Assembly (NCBI RefSeq): GCF_009914755.1 | Contig: NC_060941.1 | DNA: 64,000 bases | Strand: one strand, 5' to 3' | Source: the human T2T-CHM13v2.0 reference genome, Homo sapiens | Shown here: in pieces, positions 48,202 through 64,000 of the stretch | Layout of the letters: the number at the start of each line of letters is the position of its first letter | Numbering within the stretch: the first letter of the stretch is position 1 | Position numbers and translations under genes: made by a program | The notes under the pieces: model-generated | Seen by the model: the letters and a program-made list of their open reading frames with translations, nothing else | Told to the model about the DNA's origin: nothing | Databases searched by the model: none

Positions 48202-48700
48202 TAATAGGCAGATGGGGACGTCCCCTCCTTTCCTGATCACTGTTCTCTGACAGTTCCCAGTGCTTTCTCATTCTTTGTAAGAGTTTCTTCGCTTTTTTTC
48301 CTTTGTTCTTCTATTTTTCAATACAATTTTAGCATTCATATGTTTACTTTTGATGAAGACTAAGGGATTTTAAATTGACTTTGAAAAACATTTTTTAGAT
48401 TCACATGGTTGAGATTCCTCGTGTGGCAGAGTGTACATAACCTAAACTCTTCCCCTCCCCCACCCGTTATCACTAGGTCTCTAGCCACAGCTTGGGGAGA
48501 GTGTGGGAGGGGGAGGGGATCAATGCCACAGCTCCCAAAGCTTGCCCACAGGCTGTCTTCCTCTTGACATCTGTTCTTTTCTTAATCCCATTCTGATCCC
48601 TGCTGTTTGCTAGACTGGAGCCTCTCATCCTGGCCATCCATGTTTCCAATTTAGGGTTCCATGGTTCATGCTGATGATCCTGTCCACCTTCTGTTTTTAG

Positions 48701-49870
<1,170 letters not shown>

Positions 49871-50197
49871 CTGGACCCAACTCCTGCTTTATGGGAGCCC
49901 TGGACCGTTCATTATTCCTGCACAGCAGCCTCTTCCCTTCCCCATTTAAATGTGTTCAAACTCCTCCCACCCGTCTCCGCCCAACCTTCTTTGGTGTGCC
50001 ACCTGTTTTGCGCCAGTCCCGCCACCTGCAGACTTCCCAAAGCAGCTTTCTGTCTATGACATCCTGATTTCCACTGCTGATTTTAGCACCACTGCTGAGT
50101 GTTTTTTTTTGTTTGTTTGTTTTGTTTTTTAAACATAGAGAACTACAAAGCTTTATTGAACGACATTGTAGAACCAGGACCTGTCAGGTACACTTCC

Positions 50198-50497
50198 TTT
50201 TTTTTTTTTTTTCTTGAGACAGAGTTTCACTCTTGTTGCCCAGGCTGGAGTACAATGGTGCGATCTTGGTCACCGCAACCTCTGTCTCCCAGGTTTAAAC
50301 GATTCTCCTGCCTCAGCCTCGCGAGTAGCTGGGATTACAGGCGTGCGCCACTGCATCCGGCTAATTTTGTATTTTCAGTAGAGACAGGGTTTCTCCATGT
50401 TGGTCAGGCTGGTCTCAAACTCCCAACGTCAGGTGATCTGCCCACCTCGGCCTTCCAAAGTGCTGGGATTGCAGGCGTGAGCCACCACGCCCGGCCC
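50198..50497 (-). mobile_element. AluS (Sp-like)
   Basis: TSD aggtacacttc. Confidence 0.93.
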
Positions 50498-51673
50498 AGG
50501 TACACTTCTTAAACTCTCCCTCCATTCACTTCTCTTAGGCCCCATCTCCACGTCTGCCCCATTCCAGGGCAGCATTCTCCTATCTGGTCTCTCCGCATCC
50601 ATCCTTGTTCTTTTAGCCCATTCTTCACATAGCTGCAATCTTTCTGAAATGAACCCCTGTGTGCACCTCCTTCCTTTACCCAGTGCTCCCAGTGCCTTAG
50701 GATGTCATCCCAGATCTCTCCCTTGCCCCTACTCCCCACCTGGTCTGGGGCCTAGGTCTGCTTCTGGCCTCATCCCCGTCCTCTCTTTCCTTCGTTTCTC
50801 TACCCTGACTTCTCAGGACCCCTCTCAATTCCTGAGACTTCTGGAGCTCAGGCCTTTGCGCATGTGTTTCCCTCTGCCTGCGGTGACCTTCTCTCTATCT
50901 CTTTGCCTGCTGATTCTTCCCCATTTTCTCTGTGCCCCTGAAAATGACACTCCCTCTGGGGGGCACACAGGGTTCTTTTGCAGCTCTCTGCATACTTGCA
51001 GCTCTTTTCTTAATTATTTGTAATTTGTTTAAGGTTTGCCATCCTTTCTCTGTTATGAGCAGGGCACATGTCTGTTGCTTTCTCATTATCCCCTGTGTGT
51101 TGTCCAGTCACTGGCTTGGCTTGTGACATATTAAGAGTCGGCAGTATACATGTGCATGCAAATGTATGAACATGTGTCTCTGTGTGTGTATAATCGGGGG
51201 TGGGATTAGCTCTGAACCGATGAGCTTGTTGCCTAAAGATAAGAATCCCACATCGTGTGTCCTGAGAGGAGAGATAGGAGAAACTGAAGAGGCCAAAAAG
51301 CTAGACTGGCTTCACTAAAACCAGCAGGGAGACTTTGATGGGGAATGGTTAGCAGTGTTACAGAGGGATAAAATGCCTCCTAAATTTGGCATTTTCAGAA
51401 GTCATTTAGCAACCTAGTCTTTTAATTGCAGGGATTTTTTAAAAATTACAAAATGAGTACAGTACATATTTGTATCTGACTCATCTAACGAAGTTTGTGG
51501 TTTCAGAAATAATGAGTCATTCTGAAACAGTGTATTGTTTCACAGCTTTTAAGTTGCATGACTAATACAGTGCATTACTATATACCTTTCACTTACATTC
51601 ACAAATTATGAATAGTTTGCTACATTTGGTTTGTCTCACACACACATACACTGGCACAATGATCACATTCTGA

Positions 51674-51979
<306 letters not shown>

Positions 51980-52451
51980 ACATTTAGAAATTGTAATAGG
52001 TGCCACAGTCTATAGTCAGATGTTCCCAGTTATCCCAATCATATCTTTATAGTTGTTCTTTTTTAAAAAATCCAGGTTCTATTAAAAGGTCATGCTTGCA
52101 TTTAATATGTTCCTTTAATCTGAAAGAGTTCCTCAGTCTTTTGTTTGTTTTAGTCTTTCAAGACATTAACATTTTCCTCCGGGCACGGTGGCTCACACCT
52201 GTAATGGGAGCCTGAGCAGGAGGATCATTTGAGGCCAGAAGTTCAAGACCAGCCTGGGCAACACAGCGAGGCCCCATCTCTATGAAAATTAAGAAAATTA
52301 GTCAAATGTGGTGGCGCATGCCTATAGTCCTAGCTATTCAGGAGGCTGAGGTGGGAGGATTGCTTGAGCCCAGGAGTTCAAGGTTACAGTGAGCTATTAG
52401 ATTGGTGCAAAAGTAATTGTGGTTTTGGCCATTAAAAAAAGGCACAAATTG

Positions 52452-53356
<905 letters not shown>

Positions 53357-53754
53357 GGCAAAAGCTGCTATTACTTTTACTTTTGCATCACCCTAATACA
53401 ATAGTGAGTGTACCACTGCACTTCAGCCTGGGCAACAGAGTGAGACCTTTTCTTGGGGAAAAAAAAAAAAAATTAACATTTTTGAGTTCAGGTGATTTTG
53501 CCAAATGTCCCTCAATTTGAGTTTGGTTGTTTCCTTATGGTTACATTCAGGTTAAACCTTTTTGGTGGCAATACTGTCTACATGAGTGGTGCTGCATCCT
53601 CAGTCAGTCCATTAAGTAAGAAGGACACAATGTCTGTTTCTCCCATTGTTGGTATAAATCTGATCACATGGTAAAGGTTGTGTCTGCCAGGGTTCTTCAC
53701 TGTAAGGGTATGTTTTCCCCATTGATGATTCTTGCCTGAATGAGTTACTACTAT

Positions 53755-54646
<892 letters not shown>

Positions 54647-54696
54647 TTACAGAATTTTATTTTCATTAAACGAGTTATAATCCATTCCTGTTATTT

Positions 54697-55030
<334 letters not shown>

Positions 55031-55289
55031 TGAGAGAGGGCCCTTACAAGGTCACTTCTGTTTGAGTGTTCCTATTGTTTTTGAGCACTTTCTTATATTT
55101 TGGCATAGAAAGGTATTCCAGGCTCACATTGTAGTTTCCAGTTTGAGTACTAGCCATTTTCCAAAGAGTCTTGGTTCCTTTTAGTGGAGAATTATATATA
55201 AAAACCAAGATTTGGGTAGATTTGCTCAGTGCTACTGGAGTATCCTTTTTTCTGGGCCCTAGCAATAAACAGAGGTAGGAGGTTTTTTT

Positions 55290-55570
55290 TAATAAAAAAT
55301 AGTGAATTACAAGAACTCTTGCTTATAATACAATGCCATCTAATTAATGAAAAGGAATGATTGAGTTAAGCAAATCACCATTTCACGACTGTCATAGTAA
55401 GAACTGATTCAGGCAAGAATCATCAATAGGTGCTAAAACTTGTAGGTGAAAGTTTGATGAGGAGTAAGATACTTACAGTCCCCAAACACGTACCACAAGA
55501 TACCTGCTAATTAAAATGGGAAAGTTATGATGGAGAAACCTGGCAGACACCACATCAACCAAGTGCCTTC
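55290..55570 (+). mobile_element. L1MC-type fragment, opposite orientation
   Basis: tggagaaacctggcagacaccac motif. Confidence 0.6.
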
Positions 55571-56454
55571 TCATGTACCCCTCTTGCTGGTCGCTTGTGT
55601 TTATGGCGGCTGATGCTTTTGACAGTTAATGTCACATCTGAGGCAGTGCTCCGTAACCCCAGCCTTGGGAGGGCACTTTTTGGGGCAGAGGACAGAGTGT
55701 CCTGTTATCTTTTGGTCTGGTTCCAGGCAGGAGCCCTTTCTCTCAGGGACTGCTTATTTTATGGGAAGGAGATCAGAGTCTGGAGCCCAGTAGCTTTGGG
55801 CTGTCTCTGTGTCCCATGTGATCCATGAAAACAGCACATGAGAATCACCAGGCCCAAAGGGGAACTCTGGGAGACCTGGTCCTGGCCCCTAACCTCAGTC
55901 TCAACTGGTTGAATCACTGGTGGACCACCTTGGATTGCCTCTTCTTGCCATAGGAAGCTGGTTGGGAGTGCTGCCAACTTTCTTGACCGCAACCTGCATT
56001 GCTCATCTTTTGTTCTTAGGGGACTGTGAAGGACAAATGGCATCTCTCCCAGCCACCTTCACATAAGACAGTGGGCTCAGCTCAGGCCCAGCCAGGTCCA
56101 TCACTGGAATTCAGACATGTCTGAACTTGCTGGAGTAGATGAGAACCCCACAGGAGCCAGAGCAGCCCGGGGCCAGGGCCTCCTGGGAAGACTCGGCCTG
56201 AAAGTAACCTTTGGTGACCACACCTTGCTATCCAGTGGGCAGGCAGATGCTGTCCTTTCCTCAGACTGGCCTGCAGGCTACAGCCGTGCCCATCTGCAGA
56301 GATAAGGTGGTTTGCCCTCAGGACGCAGATGGCAGAGAGGCCTGCTTCCCGTTCATATAAGTAAAATCTAATAGTATCTACTTTTTTTATTGTTGTTTTT
56401 GTGTAAGAATGGTTTTATTTGTTCCTTAAATGTTTGGCAGAATTAGTGAAATCA

Positions 56455-56823
<369 letters not shown>

Positions 56824-56938
56824 CTACTTTTTTAATTGTTATAGTGCTATTAAAATTTCTATTTATTTTTCTGTTCATAAATATTAAAAAAAAAACCTTT
56901 TATAGTTTGGTACCATAGGAAATCTGAAAAATAGATGA

Positions 56939-57312
<374 letters not shown>

Positions 57313-58419
57313 TCATAACAATATCCCCTCTTATATAGATAGCCTCTAGTGGTTTATAAGCTGAAGCTGAAACCATGTTCATGCACTTGATGTTGATGCC
57401 TTGCTTTATTTAGAACTCCCAAGTCCCAGGTGGGTGTTCAACATGTTTCTTTGATTAAGAAGGCAGGGTTCTGTTCCCTTCTTATAAACTCAGGCTTTCT
57501 CTCACCATTTGCTTGCCAGGCAGTGTTAGGTGTTTTGGATACAGCTGTGAGTCTGTTCCATGGAGGAGCTCATCCTTCAGTGGAAAGAGACAGAAAATGC
57601 AGTTGTGTGGTAGGTACACGGGAGAGGTGCTCTGGGTGGTCATGAGCTGCCCTGAGAGCTCAGGGGCAGATAAGCTGCTCTGCTTCCATGTGAACTTCTG
57701 TACTGTGAATTAATTCACGCGTGGCAGGTGGCCAGGGGAAGGATGTTGGTATAATGGAGACACTGCTTTGGTTCACCTGTGATTTTGCCTAGGCAAAGGA
57801 GGTGGAATAGTGGGAGGAGAATGACAGTGTTCAGCAGGAAAGGAAAAAGCCCTCTGACTGCTCTGCCGCAGGAGCCCCTGTGGGCTCCTGGGAACAAGAA
57901 AAAAACAGTGCCTGCAGCTGGCACTCCCGTAGAAAGCCACATCCTAGCCTGCTGGGGTCTTGGCCGTGGCAGGCTACGCTGCCTCCAGGCCCATCTTAGT
58001 AACAGCCCCCTGGCTCAGAACTCCTCTTTCATCTGCACTGTCTTGGCACCTGTCAGCCTTGCTCTAATTAAAGTTTGCCAGGCTTTCTATTTGACTTTTT
58101 TGGTGCAGTTTTAATATCCATGGTGGCAGCCTCTTGCCCCACTGAACTGCCTGCCTGGGTGTCCCAAAAGATTTTGTTAGTGCTCTAGTGACAATGTTTT
58201 GTAGGTTTGAGTGGTCTGCTCTAGCCCCATGTTTCACAGAAGTCCTGTTAATATGTGGAATAAGATAACATGAGGTTTTCTAAGAATGTATATATTGCTT
58301 TATAGCAGAAATGTATGTATTTCAGAGGAATTTAAAGCTTGTGAGCTAGATAGACTATAAACGGAAGAAACATCCCTAAAACAAACAGGAAACAATTTTA
58401 AGAAGCGGCAGTAGAACTC

Positions 58420-58560
58420 TGTGTGCATTTACTTAGCAATCTGCATTTCTAAAGTGCTTTGTACACATTCCGTCTATGTTAAAAGCCTCAGCAGCAGGTT
58501 GGAGGCGGGTTCTGGGGCTAGTGTTTCCGATGGGAAGCTCAGGCTCCATCCAGCCTGTGG
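58420..58560 (-). mobile_element. MIR relic
   Basis: aagtgctttgtacacatt...gatgggaagctcaggctc. Confidence 0.5.
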
Positions 58561-59409
58561 CTGGACTGGCCAGGCTCAATGTCACTCCCCAGGTAGCTGC
58601 CCTTGATCTATACTAGGAGCACCTTGAGAGCTGGGAATTGATTTCTAAGCCTGGTTTGAGCTGAGGGCCACAGAGCCAGTGCAGGAGGAGACCCTGCCCC
58701 AGAAATAGGCCAGTGCTTGTTATGCAGGCCTTGGCGGTTCCCCGTTTCCTTACGTAACCTCAGTGTTCACGCTGTTTCCTTTTGTTGATTCCCTCCGTGT
58801 GACTGTTTTTCTGTCAATCTCCTTAGCTAATGAGCTCCTTATAAGGAGAATGGATGGATCAGAGCACAGCTCCGTACACAGTGGTGGGGCATAGCCATTT
58901 CCCAGAGTGTGGACTTTCCCAGAACTCCCCTGTTGTGTGGGCCTGCAAAGGCTGGGATTGTTTCTGCCTTGTTTGGAATAATAAAGCTGCCTGTGTTTCC
59001 TGTGTTCACTTTTCAGTCGCCTGTTATTCACTCTCCTACATTTGGGGCGGTTGTCCTGCTTCCCTGGCCTCACTGCAGTGCTCAGTGACCTCTGCAGCAG
59101 AGCAGTGACTGCCACGGGCTGGCGAACGGAAGGACGGAAGGACGTGGCCCATGCCCTTCAGGAATGTTTTGGGGAGATGGACAAACGCATGCAGACCTGA
59201 GGGTGTTCGGAGCACAGGGAGGGAGGCAGAGTCTGCAGCAAGGGGTGGGGCCGAGGAGGGAGACTGGCCTGGGGAGAGGACAGAGGCCCAGCAGGAAGTG
59301 GGAAAGGAGAGGGCGTGGCAGGTGGTTACCAGAGCCCTCCTGAGATGCCAGAGTCCCCAGGGGTTCGTTCCTTCCAGTGTCCTGCCCAGTGCAGGGACAC
59401 CTGCTTGCC

Positions 59410-60601
<1,192 letters not shown>

Positions 60602-60889
60602 GAGCACACTCCGCTTCCTACAGAGGTTGTGCTGAGGGGTCTGGTTATGTCCTCCAGCATGCCTCTTTTTGCTGTCCTTGAGGACTGCCTCCCAGGAGGG
60701 TGGCAGAAGCCCCTTCCTTCAAGTCTTCAAGCTGCTGACCTATGGCTGTGTGGTCAGGCGGAGGAGGGAGCTGGAATTTGTGAGTTGAACATGGAAGAGC
60801 TGTAGATTCCTATGCAGGAAAATGGCAGTTTGGGGCGAAATTGGAATCAGATTAGATGAGGTCTGTGTCCTGACTGCAGTTTAGCAGCA

Positions 60890-61010
60890 GCAGGCACATC
60901 ATGTAGCCTTTCTGAGCCTTGGCTTCCACGTCTGTAAACTGAGGATAGCAGCTCTCACCTCAGGAGGCGTGGTTTGATGAGATGTGAGGGGTCCACAGCC
61001 CAGAGCTGCC
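60890..61010 (+). mobile_element. MIR fragment
   Basis: ttctgagccttggcttccacgtctgtaaactgaggata. Confidence 0.65.
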
Positions 61011-61199
61011 CAAATAGCAGGTGCATAGGCGGTGGCAGCTGTGCCATGGATGTGTCCGGACAGCTGGGGGAGGGTGTGCAGGCATCTGTCACCAAAACTT
61101 GGGGTTTGGTTGTGCGGTTCCTCCCCTGCCTCAGCTGATAACTTTCTCCATCCTTCTCTGAGGTAACAGCAGTTCTCAAGGAGATGCTGGCCCATCTTC

Positions 61200-62430
61200 T
61201 CACCACTCAACTGTCCCACTCCCTGCACTGGCGCTGTTCTTGTCCTTCCTTCCACTGCAGCTGAGGAAGTGTCCTTCCCCACATGCCCTGGACCCTGCAT
61301 CCTCCACCTCCTCCCATTCTTACCTTCTTTAATAATCTGTCCCTTTGGCCGGGCGTGGAGGCTCACGCCTGTAATCCCAGCACTGTGGGAGGCTGAGGTG
61401 GGCGGATCACGAGGTCAGGAGATCGAGACCATCCTGGCTAACACAGTGAAAACCCATCTCTACTAAAAATACAAAAAAAGAAATAGCCGGGTGTGGTGGT
61501 GGGCGCCTGTAGTCCCAGCTACTCGGGAGGCTGAGGCAGGAGAATCGCTTGAAACCAGGAGGCAGAGGTTGCAGTGAGCTGAGACGCGCCATTGCACTGC
61601 AGCCCTGGCGACAGTGTGAGACTCTGTCTCAAAATAAATAAATAAAATAATAATAATAATCTGTCCCTTTTTCCTGCATCTTCTCTACTGATCATTTTCA
61701 GCAGTGTGCCCGCATCCACCATTCTCTTGATCTTTATCCCACTCTTCCTTTAATCCTCTCTTTCAGGAAATGCAAATGCGTAGGGGGAAACCCTAAGGAA
61801 TCATCCTCCAGTCTTCATCTTCCTGCACCTGTTGATCTGCAAGACCTGTTGGTTCTGCCTCCACAGCGCATATCCACTTCCATCATTTTTGCTGTCACCC
61901 TGGCCCAAGCCGACGTTGTCTCGAGTCAACTACCGAAATAGTTTCCTAGCTGATCTCTCTGCTTTTCTTCTGGCTCCCCTAAAATTCAGTCTCCGTACTC
62001 TGGCCAGGTGACCTTTATACAACAGAAATCAGTACCATCCCCTGCTTAAAAGTCTTCCATGGGTCCCGGTGCCTATGAACTGGCCCCTGCCTCATCTTGG
62101 GCTCATTTTCCTGCATGAAAGCAGCACATGTTGTTCTCTCGGCCTGGTATGTTCTACTTTTCAAATTTCTCACTCCTCAACCTTTAGCTTCTGCCTGAAA
62201 GGCCTCCTGACATCCTGTATCCAAGGCCTCCATGTTTCTCTTCTCAGTGCATCCAGTTCATTTTGGTATAGCGGAACCCGTCGCAATTCATAACTTCGTA
62301 TTTATATGTTTACTTATTTTCTGTGTTTCCCATTAGCTTATGTTCCACAAGGGCAGTGATTGTGTTTCCAGTGCCTAGCAGAATGTGTGGTACAAATGAA
62401 AAACTCTTCGAATGAACTAATGAACCAACA
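61200..62430 (+). mobile_element. L2 relic
   Basis: cccctgcttaaaagtcttccatgg; ccagtgcctagcagaatgtg; tgaa-repeat tail. Confidence 0.65.
61347..61653 (+). mobile_element. AluSc/Y-like
   Basis: Perfect TSD taataatctgtcccttt (61330-61346, 61654-61670). Confidence 0.94.
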
Positions 62431-62849
62431 GGGAAGAGTGGTGGTGATGGAGGTTTACAGAGAAGGCAGTGACCAGCTGCCCCACTGATTTAATTAGCTG
62501 CTTTTCCTTATCCAAGAGAAGGCATGACAGTTTTGCACATGTGTCGGATCCAGCAGCTATGAGAAGTTCAGATGGGGTGGACTCCAGTTGTTGTTCTGAA
62601 CTCTAGTAGGAAGCCACCCCTATGAATGAGCCTCTATGTACAGGGTGCTGCAAATATAAAATCGCTTTAAAAAAAAGAGGCAGCATAACATAGTGCAAGG
62701 AACACAGGCCTGTGAGTACTGATTTAGCTTCTGGTCTTTGGTTTGTGTATTAGCTTTGTTCTTCTTTTCTTTGTTTTCTTTTCTTATTTGTGAAATAAGA
62801 GAGATTGGACTAGAAAGATAAAAGTCCTCTCCAGTTTGGCTGTGTTAAC

Positions 62850-63350
62850 GGAGTACCTCACAGTGTTATCAGCAATCGAAACATTTAATTATCTTTTGAA
62901 ACCAGAATATGGAGCTGTGATGGTTCTAGGGTTAGTCAGGTGGTTCAAAGGTGTCATCAAGGACCCAGGCTCTACTATTGTCTTCTGCTTTGCCATCAGC
63001 TTTGTCTCCAGGCTTGTCCCTTATGGTCACAGTGTGGCTGCTACAGCTGAGGGCATCACACCCTTCCACAAGAGCATCAAAAGCAGAAAAGGATGGTCAT
63101 GGGGCAGAGCTGTCCTTATGGGTCCCTCTCTCTTCATCAGGGAGTAAAATCTTTCCTGGAGGTCCCTAGCAGATGTCCTTGTATGTCTCACTGGCCAGAA
63201 CCACTTCATGTATCCACTAGACCAATCATGAGAATGGAAGTGCCATAATTTCCTTATCCCAAACATAAATTCATCCCCCAGAGCTGACCTGTTACCCGCT
63301 GTACTCGATACAGCTTAGTCCTGTGAACAAAGGAGGAGTAAGGGCAGGCT
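62850..63350 (-). mobile_element. Old MLT1-type LTR relic
   Basis: gtcatcaaggacccaggctct...atggtcacagtgtggctgc...tctcactggccagaa. Confidence 0.65.
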
Positions 63351-63807
63351 GCTGCATGGGCTGCCTCATGGACCTGAAGTTCTGTGATTCTTAGGACTCC
63401 GCCTTTGGGAGGCTTCCTTGTTATGCTGCAGGGACTAATTGTGTTATTCACATCTCCAGTGAGGCAATGGCAGAGAACAACTGTTTTTAAGGAAGGCTTT
63501 ACATTCCTGAATGAGGTGGGAAACAGATGAATTCACTGGCCAAGACAAATTCAGTGAAAAAACTGAGCCCAGCAGGTCTTCTGTAGTATAGGGGCCCATG
63601 ATTGAGCTGCCTGTTGCTAAGAGGGAGTAGAAAAGATTAGAGATCATTGTAAATTATGAGGCAAGACCTCAGCTAACTTCCTCAGCAAACGACTGGTTCT
63701 TCTGCCTGTTCAGGCTGCAACCTCAAGTATTCCTAGTAAGTAGAATCTTTCTTTAAAGCTGCCTAATAAAGTCAGATAATAAATGATGAATGTATTTGTA
63801 ATGGCCA

Positions 63808-64000
63808 TTTTTTTTTTTTTTTTTTGAGATGGAATCTCACTCTGTCGCCCAGGTTGGAGTGCAATGGTGTAATGATCTCGGCTCACTGCATCCTCTGCCT
63901 CCCAGGTTCAGGCAATTCTCCTGTCTCAGCCACCTGAGTAGCTGGGATTACAGGTGCCCACCACCATGCCTAGCTAATTTTCGTATTTTTAGGAGAGACG
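63808..64000 (-). mobile_element. AluS, cut by the window end
   Basis: T-tail plus right arm. Confidence 0.92.

Overview
Primate (almost certainly human) genomic DNA: about 59 Alu copies or fragments plus L1, L2, MIR, LTR and DNA-transposon relics. The only supportable protein-coding feature is coding exon 1 of the adenosine A2B receptor (ADORA2B; ATG 37428, donor after 37762). It lies in a CpG-island promoter and is followed by intron 1 to the window end; exon 2 is not in the window. By established knowledge this is human 17p12. At the left end (725-816) is a disabled genomic copy of the last coding exon of SPECC1/cytospin-B, probably with its 3'UTR, a relic of the ancestral SPECC1-ADORA2B linkage. 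A second CpG-rich island with no recognisable gene lies at about 9.5-10.2 kb. I found no evidence for a wholly new biological system, and nearly all ORFs in the track are Alu-derived or GC-rich noise. The best leads are: the SPECC1 relic; an Alu-anchored 89-bp inverted duplication in intron 1; uORFs and a G-quadruplex motif upstream of the ADORA2B ATG; a nested AluJ>MADE1>3xAlu stack with a near-perfect young AluY; and repeated same-site Alu insertions. Repeat subfamily names come from remembered consensus sequences, and repeat boundaries are approximate unless a TSD is quoted.
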